The notes under the pieces were generated by a model. The model was given only the letters and a program-made list of their open reading frames with translations, searched no databases and was not told the origin of the DNA. From NCBI GenBank assembly GCA_937960645.1, contig CALGPJ010000005.1, forward strand, positions 831-64,830: a stretch of 64,000 bases of DNA, given 5' to 3'. Origin of the DNA: an uncultured Spirochaetia bacterium (GTDB taxonomy: Bacteria > Spirochaetota > Spirochaetia > JABEVK01). Shown here piece after piece: positions 55,129-64,000 of the stretch. The stretch's first letter is position 1, and the number at the start of each line of letters is the position of its first letter. A program made the translations under genes and the position numbers.

Positions 55129-55937
55129 TTTCTGGCGGCCTTGTCGGCAGCACTCTCCAGAGCAAGGAGAATGTTCTGATAGAGATCGCTTTGCCGGCTG
55201 AAGCGGGGACTGTAAAGTCCCCGAACTCTTTCTTCCTCGATGAAGCCCCAGGCCTTGGAGCGGTTGTCGGAATGCGGATTAAAAACCGCAAAACAGGTGG
55301 CCTTGTGTTGCTTCAGGAGGGAAAAAACCGGCACATCCGTCAGACCGTCTCCGACATAAACGATCGTTTCCATGGGAATGCGCAGCAAATCGACCTTTCG
55401 GTTCACATCAAAGGGCCGGGCCCGATATTGAGGTCCCACCAAACCCTTGCTGATTCGATAAATGAAGCGCGTTTTATCGGTAAAGCTGATGATGTTTCTC
55501 GGAAAATCGATGACTCCCTTTTCGTCGTAATGCCAGTCACACGTCCAGATATCCGTGAAAAAAGAAGCGATGGCCGTAGCACGAATCAAATCCCCGATTC
55601 CGCTGGAAATCAGGTAATATTCGATCTCAGTACCGGGCCGGCGCTGTTTCAAATCCTGCCGCAGCTCCTCGAAGAACTGAGGCAGGCCCTCGTGAAAGCT
55701 CAGGTTATGGCCGGCCTCGATAAAGTCGTTGCGGGTGAACGGGCGCCCCAACCTCTCACCGAGTTGCTTGATCTCGTAGAGGTAGGCCGGAACCGGATCC
55801 CAGCCCTCGGCGATCCGCGCACCCACGATTTTTGACCAAAATTCCGTGGGGTCCACTCCGTTTCGTTCCAAAAAAAAGGAGGAACTATCGGGCGCAAGAG
55901 TATCGTCGAAGTCGAAAGCCAGGGCTAAAACACTCAT
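55125..55937 (-). CDS. HAD family hydrolase
   Basis: FDFDDTL, ISSG, TDKT, YVGDGLTDVP. Confidence 0.88.
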   Translation of the reverse strand: MSVLALAFDFDDTLAPDSSSFFLERNGVDPTEFWSKIVGARIAEGWDPVPAYLYEIKQLGERLGRPFTRNDFIEAGHNLSFHEGLPQFFEELRQDLKQRRPGTEIEYYLISSGIGDLIRATAIASFFTDIWTCDWHYDEKGVIDFPRNIISFTDKTRFIYRISKGLVGPQYRARPFDVNRKVDLLRIPMETIVYVGDGLTDVPVFSLLKQHKATCFAVFNPHSDNRSKAWGFIEEERVRGLYSPRFSRQSDLYQNILLALESAADKAARN

Positions 55938-55973
55938 GAGGTCAGTCCACTCCCGTAAACCGCATTAAAACAT

Positions 55974-55998
55974 AAAAAAACCGCCTCGACGAGGCGGT
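55974..55998 (-). terminator. Rho-independent terminator after the ABC ATPase
   Basis: ACCGCCUC-GUC-GAGGCGGU followed by a U run. Confidence 0.85.
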
Positions 55999-56007
55999 GG
56001 AGAACTC

Positions 56008-57126
<1,119 letters not shown>

Positions 57127-57173
57127 CGATTACCTCCAACTTGACCTGTTTCTCATATTCTAAGGGGTAGTTT

Positions 57174-58148
57174 TCAATACGTCAACACGCATTTTTGGAG
57201 GAAACTTTCCGCGTCCATTTCGCCTGACCTCAATCGTTCCAATCCCTGGTCAGGGCCAAAAATCGGCGTGAGGAACTCCCGGCCCAAAGTCGTATCCTCG
57301 GTAGCGTCTTTGGCAAAATTGCTCCACTGGCTTTGCATCTTCATCGAGGGAGCTGCCTGGAGATAGCGGCGCAGGGAAGACTGCTGCATGAGCCACCGGA
57401 AAAACTTTTTGGCCTCGGAGTTGGCAGCTTTTGTCAGGGCAATGAAGGACCCCTGGGGATAGAGGACCTGTTTTTTGTCGGACAGGAGAAAACTCCAGGA
57501 AAAAACGCTCAGGTCCTGCCGCTCCAGCTGACGCAATCGGTGAAGGGGCAACACCCAGGCCGGAATTCGGCCGTTATTCAGCTCGATGAAGGGCACTATC
57601 CCGGACAGACGATTCGGAAGATCCTGGTCTCTAAGCCGCCAGGCTTCCAATTGCCGAGGGTCTTCGGCCAATAGAGACGGAACCAGGTCGGGAACCCACC
57701 AAGGGCTGAACTTCAACCCAGCCCGATTGCGTGGCGGCAGTTCCAGGAGATCTTTCCACTCCATGGCCGGCGGTACTGACCGCGTTCTGGGATATATCAC
57801 CACAGCGGGGACCAGCGTCAGCGCAAGCATCGACAACGTCCCATCCATTGGAAAACGCAGAACGAAGTTCGATGAGCTCAGGTTGTCGATTTCATCGAGA
57901 ATCGGCCGAAGGTCTTGATAACGTTCTTTCCAGGGATGAATCCCCGGACCTATCAGGAGATCGGGTTCGGGTCGATGGGACGGCCAGTTCCCCTCGAGAT
58001 AAAAATAATCGACACGGACGCTCTCCGTTTCAGCCCACTCATCGATCAGTTCCATCCACGAGGCTTCAGTCAGCCATACGACGATTTTTTTCTCGAAGAA
58101 ACCGCAGGAGCTTGCCGCCATCACGAAGAGGAACACGGCCGAAACCAT
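57174..58148 (-). CDS. hypothetical lipoprotein, possibly a degenerate sugar-binding protein (start uncertain)
   Basis: Lipobox ASSC, PDLLIG, A.KF.RWL pattern. Lies upstream of the ABC ATPase. Confidence 0.55.
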   Translation of the reverse strand: MVSAVFLFVMAASSCGFFEKKIVVWLTEASWMELIDEWAETESVRVDYFYLEGNWPSHRPEPDLLIGPGIHPWKERYQDLRPILDEIDNLSSSNFVLRFPMDGTLSMLALTLVPAVVIYPRTRSVPPAMEWKDLLELPPRNRAGLKFSPWWVPDLVPSLLAEDPRQLEAWRLRDQDLPNRLSGIVPFIELNNGRIPAWVLPLHRLRQLERQDLSVFSWSFLLSDKKQVLYPQGSFIALTKAANSEAKKFFRWLMQQSSLRRYLQAAPSMKMQSQWSNFAKDATEDTTLGREFLTPIFGPDQGLERLRSGEMDAESFLQKCVLTY

Positions 58149-58191
58149 GACGACGGGGCGGAAGGTTCTGTGCGTGCAGAACTGCCGATGC

Positions 58192-59490
58192 TCAGGACGA
58201 TAGTGCGTCGGCTGTTCGGAAGATGGTTTCATAGAGATCCGGCAAATCCTTCACATCGATGGAGGCAAAAGTCACCCGAAGGTATCTATCCCCGAGAGCG
58301 ATGGTCCCAATTCCCTCATCGTTCAGGAGTTTTTCCCGAAGAGTGTTCGCGTTCAAATTCCCGGTGTCAAAGCACATGAAATAGCCAGAATTGAACGGCA
58401 GCTCTTGGAGTTTCCGTCCCGCACTGCGCCGGTTAAGCAAATCCCGGACCACCTCATACCGTTTTTTCAGCTCCTCCATGTACTTTTTCTTGATCCCGTG
58501 ATACACAAGGCTCGTCAGCTCCTTGTACAGGATGCTCTGGGCCACCTGGGAACAGCTGGAAACCGAGGCCCGTAGGGCGCCTTTGACCTTGGCTTCGAGG
58601 GCCTCGGCGATTTGCGGGGTCATCGAGGTGGTTCCCACCGTAAAGAAGCCTACCCGGAATCCCCAAACGTAATCTTCCTTGGTCGCCCCATCGCACTTGA
58701 TGGCCAGGATGTTGGGATGGGCCTTGTAAAGCAGATTGAAAAGGCTATGCGGATAAATGTCATCCTCGTAACAGAGGCCGAAATACGCATCGTCCAGGAT
58801 CACGACGACATGCCGATTTTGGGACGCCACTCGGATCAACTCCCTTTCCCACTCCACGGCTTGCTGCTTCGTTGGCGAGTAACCCGTCGGGTTTTGCGGA
58901 TAATTCAACACCAGGATCGCCTTCCCGCCTTCTGGGACCTTGTTCAAGATCATGTCCGCCACGGCCTCGATGCTGAGGACCCCTTTCTTGTCGAAAAGGG
59001 GAAAATGATGGACCCTCGCTTGAAACCTGGTGGCGAACATCAAATCATAGTTGTCCCAACTCAATTCGGGATAAAAAACATGGTCCTGCGGCGCACAAAA
59101 GAGTTCCGCCGCAAGAACCATTGCTCCGGTGATACCGCTGGTTACGGCCGGCAGGGACATGAACCTTTCATCGAGTTCGGGGTTTTTCCGAACCAACCCT
59201 TCCTTCCAGGCGATTCGGAGCTTGGGATTGCCCGCCGTCGGCGCGTACCCCACAGCCTCCATGGGCGTCAGCCGCGGCAAATTGTCCTGGATGGTCGGCA
59301 GGATCATGGGTTGGCCGTCGACGTAGGCCATTCCGACGGTGGCGTTGTAGCGATGCGCTTTCTTTCCGGCTTCCGTTGCCTGAGCGACGATGCCCTCCGG
59401 AAAATAAATCTCCTTTCCATAATCACTTAAGCAGATACCGATCAAAGTGTCGTGGAGAGCTTCGTTCAGTTTTTGTGCCAATGGGTGCAT
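58192..59490 (-). CDS. PLP-dependent aminotransferase class I/II
   Basis: YNATVG, LNYPQNPTGYSP, DDAYFGL, DGATKE (PLP Lys), WGFRVGF. Confidence 0.92.
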   Translation of the reverse strand: MHPLAQKLNEALHDTLIGICLSDYGKEIYFPEGIVAQATEAGKKAHRYNATVGMAYVDGQPMILPTIQDNLPRLTPMEAVGYAPTAGNPKLRIAWKEGLVRKNPELDERFMSLPAVTSGITGAMVLAAELFCAPQDHVFYPELSWDNYDLMFATRFQARVHHFPLFDKKGVLSIEAVADMILNKVPEGGKAILVLNYPQNPTGYSPTKQQAVEWERELIRVASQNRHVVVILDDAYFGLCYEDDIYPHSLFNLLYKAHPNILAIKCDGATKEDYVWGFRVGFFTVGTTSMTPQIAEALEAKVKGALRASVSSCSQVAQSILYKELTSLVYHGIKKKYMEELKKRYEVVRDLLNRRSAGRKLQELPFNSGYFMCFDTGNLNANTLREKLLNDEGIGTIALGDRYLRVTFASIDVKDLPDLYETIFRTADALSS

Positions 59491-59496
59491 GGACGA

Positions 59497-59548
59497 ATGA
59501 TAGTCCTCGTTATCCTACCTTGTCAATTCAACCTGTTGAGAATAAAAT
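59497..59548. promoter_or_regulatory. divergent promoter pair sharing a TTGTCAA -35
   Basis: Plus strand TTGTCA(59520)-N17-TAAAAT-6nt-ATG(59555). Minus strand TTGACA(59526)-N18-TATCAT-6nt-ATG(59490). Confidence 0.7.
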
Positions 59549-59554
59549 AGCCTC

Positions 59555-61096
59555 ATGCCCAGCGGCCCAACTTCTACGCCATCGCTATCCTGGTGGGACT
59601 CCCTCTTGTTGTTCTTAGGTTTAGGCGGAAAAGACAAGGAAAAATATCTTATCCTCAAGGGCATCAAAAACAATTTGAGGATCTACGGAAAAAAATATTT
59701 TCATGTCGGCGCCGATTTGGCCGATCCCGCTTTGGCAAAGTTTTTTTACGATATTTATGTTTGTCTTGGCCCTGCGCAGACCTTGTTCCTGAACCTGCAA
59801 AACAGCACGGCGTTGAAAAACATTATCATCGAGGGGGCCCTGACGGCCGATGGGCTCGAACTTCTGCGCTCCCTGGACGACGAGGTGCTCCAAACAAAAT
59901 CGCAGCAAATGCCCATTGAAAAGTTAGCGGAAGAGAGCCAACAGATCCTTGCCCAATACTCGAGCCTGTTCACCCCGGAGCTCATCCGTAAAATCGAAAG
60001 TCGTTACAAGACCCTGAGCGTTTTTCTCGACATGTTGAAATTTAACTATTATTTTTTGCTCAAGAAATTCGATTCCTACCTGCCTGAACGCGATTTCAAT
60101 TATCGCCCCAAGTTCGAAAAGATTCATGGCTCGTACATCGTCGAAGACCTGAAAGAGTTTTGGGAGATCGGTGCCCACTTCCCCGTTCAAGCAGACTGGG
60201 ACAGCGTTTTCGATGCACTCAAGGCCTATAAGAACATCGAGCCGGTAAACCGGGGATGGTGGAAACGCATCATTCAAAGCATTCAACAATTTCAACAAAA
60301 CGACATCATCCCCTTGATCATCCAGCATGTGTCCCAGGACCTGACGTATCAGGTGCTTTCCAAACCCGAAAAAGAAGCCCTCGTCGATAGCCACCTCAAT
60401 ACTCTTAAAACGCGCGTTGACGTGACTATTTCCAAAATTCGAACGCAGAAACGACGAAGTGCAATTAGCAAACTCGTTCAGGATGTTTTTGGTAATGAGG
60501 TCGTAAACCGAACCAAAAACTACAACGAAAAATACAACGCGATCCTTGCCAAAAGAAACGTCGGGACTTTCATCCACGTCGAAGCCTTCAATTATCTCAA
60601 AACGTTCTTGGTGGATTATTGCAAAAAAGACCTGCGCGACCTCGTGAATCATCTGGTCATTAAAGGCCAATGGGTGGAAATGAACAACAGCAAGGTTCTC
60701 AGCGAAGGGTTCCACCGCATCATGGAAATCAGCGAAAGGCTTGTCAACTTCGACGACTCCCTCGCAGAGGAAGGAGAGCGGGGATCTCGGCTCAAGTCAC
60801 ACCTTATCAAGTCAGAACGAGACGTCAACGCTCAAAACATCGCCAAGACCATGGTGCGGGACATCAACGGGTTGGCCAAGACCTTCATGGTCGAGACGGG
60901 CAACGAACTCATCAATGTCGGCAAAGTCCTGAAGGCAGTCATCGAGGACATGCCGAGGCAAAAACATGAGGTGATCGTCAACTGGAAACAATTGGAATCG
61001 TCGTTCGATGGGAATTTACGAGAGTCCCTGGTCCAACTCTACAAAAAGCTGTTCAATTTCGTTCAGCTCATCCAAAACTACATCCGGGAGGGCTGA
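59555..61096 (+). CDS. conserved helical protein, DUF5312-like (spirochaete)
   Basis: 513 aa all-alpha protein with FNYYFLLKKFDS..PE.DF.Y.PKF. Family recalled from memory, not searched. Confidence 0.6.
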   Translation: MPSGPTSTPSLSWWDSLLLFLGLGGKDKEKYLILKGIKNNLRIYGKKYFHVGADLADPALAKFFYDIYVCLGPAQTLFLNLQNSTALKNIIIEGALTADGLELLRSLDDEVLQTKSQQMPIEKLAEESQQILAQYSSLFTPELIRKIESRYKTLSVFLDMLKFNYYFLLKKFDSYLPERDFNYRPKFEKIHGSYIVEDLKEFWEIGAHFPVQADWDSVFDALKAYKNIEPVNRGWWKRIIQSIQQFQQNDIIPLIIQHVSQDLTYQVLSKPEKEALVDSHLNTLKTRVDVTISKIRTQKRRSAISKLVQDVFGNEVVNRTKNYNEKYNAILAKRNVGTFIHVEAFNYLKTFLVDYCKKDLRDLVNHLVIKGQWVEMNNSKVLSEGFHRIMEISERLVNFDDSLAEEGERGSRLKSHLIKSERDVNAQNIAKTMVRDINGLAKTFMVETGNELINVGKVLKAVIEDMPRQKHEVIVNWKQLESSFDGNLRESLVQLYKKLFNFVQLIQNYIREG

Positions 61097-61109
61097 CACT
61101 CACCCCGCA

Positions 61110-62423
61110 TCACTCCAGAAGCTCCTTCAACCGCCGCGAAAGGTTGTTGGGTAATATGCCCAGGGCTTCAGCGGCCGACTTTATGCTCCCGAATTTTCTA
61201 ATTTGGGTTTGAAGATACGTCAATTCCAGACGTCTTTTGGCCTCGGCATAGGGTAAGGTCAGATGAAAAATATTGTCCGAGTCGTAGGCCATATCGCGGC
61301 TGTGGTCCAGGTATTGCATCGTCTGTTTTCGATCCAGGGGCAACCCATCTTCCCAGATCACCACCCGTTCACAAAGTGCTTTGAGTTCACGAATGTTACC
61401 GGGCCAGGGGTAGCTCAGAAGACCGTCCCAGGCTTCCTCGCTGAACACCTCGCTCGCGGGCCTTTTGCACCCGCTTTTTGCAAGGAAGTACTCGATCAGG
61501 GGACCGATCTCCTCTTTTCTTTCACGAAGAGGCGGAAGGTCGATGGGCAGGGTGCTGATCCGATAATAAAGATCTTTTCGGAACCTGCCCTCGGCAACCT
61601 CCTTTTCGAGATCCTTGTTGGTAGCACTCACCACCCGAACGCTGGCAGATTGCACCTTGCTCGTCCCGATTTTTTGTATTTCGCCATTCTCCAAAAAACG
61701 CAGCAATTTCGTTTGCGCACTCAGGGGCAGATCCCCGATTTCATCGAGGAACAGGGTGCCGCCGTTTGCAGCAGCCAGTTTGCCCTCATAATCGGCAAGT
61801 GCCCCGGTAAAAGCCCCCTTGACGTGACCAAAAAGCTCGCTCTCGATGAGGGACTCCGGGATAGCCCCGCAATTCAATCGAACCAGATTTCCAGCGGAAC
61901 GCGGACTCAGTTGATGGATGTAGGCTGCCGCTGCATCCTTTCCCGTACCGCTTTCCCCCAGGATTAGAATCGGCATATCGGACTTCGCTGCTCTGGCCAT
62001 TCGGTTCAGGGCCGACATCATCGCTTTGGAGGCCACAACTGGATAGACATCGGACAAAGATTTCTTGACGAGGGCATGGTACCGGGTGGCATTGTTGAGA
62101 ACCACGAGGAGCCGCTCGGGCATCAACGGCTTTTCCAGGAAATCATAGGCTCCCTGGCGGATGGCGGTGAGGGCATCCCCCAGGGTCGATTGCCCGCTGA
62201 TCATGACGACAGGCAACAAGGGAAAACGCTCCAGGCTCAGCTCCAGTAACCTTAACCCATTTTCCTTTCCCAGATTCACATCCATCAACACGGCAGAAAC
62301 CTGATCATCCAAAACTTGTAAATACCGGGAGGGCTCACAGGACCTGGCCTCCCAGTCATGGGATCGCAATAGCATCACGAGGCTTTTACAGATCGCCTCA
62401 TCGTCGTCACAGACCAGGATCAT
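61110..62423 (-). CDS. sigma54-dependent response regulator (NtrX/AtoC-like)
   Basis: Receiver domain, GESGTGK, ESELFGHVKGAFTGA, LFLDEIG, WPGNIREL, HTH. Confidence 0.93.
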   Translation of the reverse strand: MILVCDDDEAICKSLVMLLRSHDWEARSCEPSRYLQVLDDQVSAVLMDVNLGKENGLRLLELSLERFPLLPVVMISGQSTLGDALTAIRQGAYDFLEKPLMPERLLVVLNNATRYHALVKKSLSDVYPVVASKAMMSALNRMARAAKSDMPILILGESGTGKDAAAAYIHQLSPRSAGNLVRLNCGAIPESLIESELFGHVKGAFTGALADYEGKLAAANGGTLFLDEIGDLPLSAQTKLLRFLENGEIQKIGTSKVQSASVRVVSATNKDLEKEVAEGRFRKDLYYRISTLPIDLPPLRERKEEIGPLIEYFLAKSGCKRPASEVFSEEAWDGLLSYPWPGNIRELKALCERVVIWEDGLPLDRKQTMQYLDHSRDMAYDSDNIFHLTLPYAEAKRRLELTYLQTQIRKFGSIKSAAEALGILPNNLSRRLKELLE

Positions 62424-63427
62424 GGGAATTGTTTCTCCATGGCAACCTCCGCCCCGCCGCCCCTTCGGTCACGCCAGACCAGGGTCCAGCCGTGGACCTG
62501 GGCAACTTTTTTCGTAAACTCCAGTCCCAATCCCAAGCCCTTTTGCTTGGTACTACCGCTAAATCCGCATCCACGATCACGAATTTCGATTCCTGCGTCC
62601 TTCAGGACAACCTCGATCGGCGGCCCTGATTTGTCCTGAGCTTCCCAGGCGTTTAACACCAGATTCTCGAGCGCCTGAGACAGGAGGACCTCGTCGGCGT
62701 GGACTCTAGCGGCATTCGATGCTTGTGCCTCATTCAAGAATTGTACGGGAATGCCGGTCGACCTTCCGATTTCCTGGGCCAATTCTCCAAGATCGATATC
62801 CCTGGGAGAGGGGTCGGGGAAGGTGTAAATTCCTTTGAACAACGACAGTAACCGGTTGAGCCTTAGGGTTTGTTCCTCAAGAAGCCGGGCCATCTCCCTT
62901 TGCTGCTGTGGATCCGTTTGCGACTTCAGGAGCGAAGACACCATCGCCACCGGCGTCCAGAGGTTTTTCATCTGATGGACCACGTATTTTGCCACTTCAC
63001 TCCTTTCCCTTTCACGAAGTTGCTGTTGCGCCTCGATGAACGCCCCCACCAAAAGCCTTAATTCTTGAAATTCTTGCTGATCGATTTGCAAGCTCACGCC
63101 TTTTAGGAGGTCCTGGTAGTGAGTTCTCAGGGGCAAAATCAGCCGTTTGTACCCCATCCAACTGAAGAAAACGAACAACAGGAAAAGGACAAAGCCGAGT
63201 GTGCTCACTTGAAAAAGCCAGCGTTGATACACGCGTTCACCGAAGACGACCTGATTTGCCGCCAGCCGGGCGATTTCCCCGCTCTCGGATGGGTGTTCCT
63301 GAAGCTCCAGGATTTTTTCAAACACCTGGGTGGCGCTCAATTCCTGAATCGCCACCAGGTCGAGAATAGTCAGAGCAATCACCGCGAAACTGACGATCAA
63401 CAAAAACGACAGAGCGAAGGCTTTCAT
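62420..63427 (-). CDS. membrane sensor histidine kinase (NtrY-like, compact)
   Basis: 2 TM, HQMKNLWTP, NLVLNA, DRGCG, GLGLGL. Confidence 0.85.
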   Translation of the reverse strand: MKAFALSFLLIVSFAVIALTILDLVAIQELSATQVFEKILELQEHPSESGEIARLAANQVVFGERVYQRWLFQVSTLGFVLFLLFVFFSWMGYKRLILPLRTHYQDLLKGVSLQIDQQEFQELRLLVGAFIEAQQQLRERERSEVAKYVVHQMKNLWTPVAMVSSLLKSQTDPQQQREMARLLEEQTLRLNRLLSLFKGIYTFPDPSPRDIDLGELAQEIGRSTGIPVQFLNEAQASNAARVHADEVLLSQALENLVLNAWEAQDKSGPPIEVVLKDAGIEIRDRGCGFSGSTKQKGLGLGLEFTKKVAQVHGWTLVWRDRRGGGAEVAMEKQFP

Positions 63428-63431
63428 GGCT

Positions 63432-63905
63432 TCACGGCCTCCACACCATACTCGGCCACCCTCCCCAGAGACCCTGGGATTCCTGAATGCTGCGGCCCTC
63501 CACGACCAAAATAGCACGCAAGGTTACCTGACTTGTTCTGCGTTGGGTGAGATCCAAAAGAAATTGTTTCAACCATGTCTTTGCCTGAGAGAGATTGAAT
63601 TGGCTTTCCGGTTTGCCATCGAGCCAGCATTGTGCCAGGCCAGTCTTTCGATCATAAACGACTCTTTTTTTGATGACCTGATCCTTGTAACCCACCTCTT
63701 CGTACAACCGGACATGATACTCTATTTGAATCGGGACCCCGTACAGCATCAGCGTTTCGACGCTCTCGGGAAAGGCGTCCTGAAGTTCGACGGTCAAAAT
63801 CCCCTTGTCGTACCTCGGTTCCCCGAAATAAGTAGGTTGACTGGCCAATCCCAAAAAGACCAGGGCCCCCAGGCCCCAGTCTCTAAGGATTTTCAGGATA
63901 TCCAT
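63432..63905 (-). CDS. DUF4390-like exported protein
   Basis: Signal peptide, L..GVPI.I.Y.V.L pattern. Lies upstream of an NtrY/NtrX-like pair, the usual context for this family. Confidence 0.55.
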   Translation of the reverse strand: MDILKILRDWGLGALVFLGLASQPTYFGEPRYDKGILTVELQDAFPESVETLMLYGVPIQIEYHVRLYEEVGYKDQVIKKRVVYDRKTGLAQCWLDGKPESQFNLSQAKTWLKQFLLDLTQRRTSQVTLRAILVVEGRSIQESQGLWGGWPSMVWRP

Positions 63906-64000
63906 AGTATCAATAATTGAAATGCGGACCTATGGTAAACCAGGCGTTGACAGGATTGATATCCTTTGTAGGCTTGGCATCCAGACGGTGCATGCCGCTA

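Overview
A 64 kb, gene-dense stretch of a spirochaete-like bacterial chromosome. The lineage is inferred from the class I lysS, a DUF5312-like protein, many lipoproteins and an Rnf-like cluster. It is mostly core or lineage-conserved genes: a partial DUF4914 gene, YegP, dksA, infA, a MoxR-DUF58-Bat operon, argJ, rlpA, lysS-rpiA, hemerythrin, endonuclease I, ndk, a GH18 enzyme, mtnN-luxS, rlmN, trpE-GD-CF-B-A, ssb, flavodoxin, mlaEFD, ung, NfeD-SPFH, a sugar ABC ATPase, an aminotransferase and an NtrY/NtrX-like pair. I saw no rRNA, tRNA, CRISPR array, prophage or transposase. Five things stand out. (1) A translationally coupled six-gene operon encodes a degenerate, cofactor-stripped RnfC/D/AE module plus a catalytically degenerate GH57. 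(2) Several other proteins look like pseudoenzymes: a cyclase, an enhancer-binding protein and a zinc-peptidase-like TPR protein. (3) About 15 genes have a -10 box 6-9 nt before the start codon (leaderless-type), including three divergent pairs that share one near-palindromic -35 element. (4) A one-Cys (Zn-free) DksA has a palindrome in its promoter spacer. (5) The DUF4914 protein carries PEPCK-like motifs, and there is a histone H1-like Lys/Ala protein. All family calls come from recognising motifs by eye, not from database searches.
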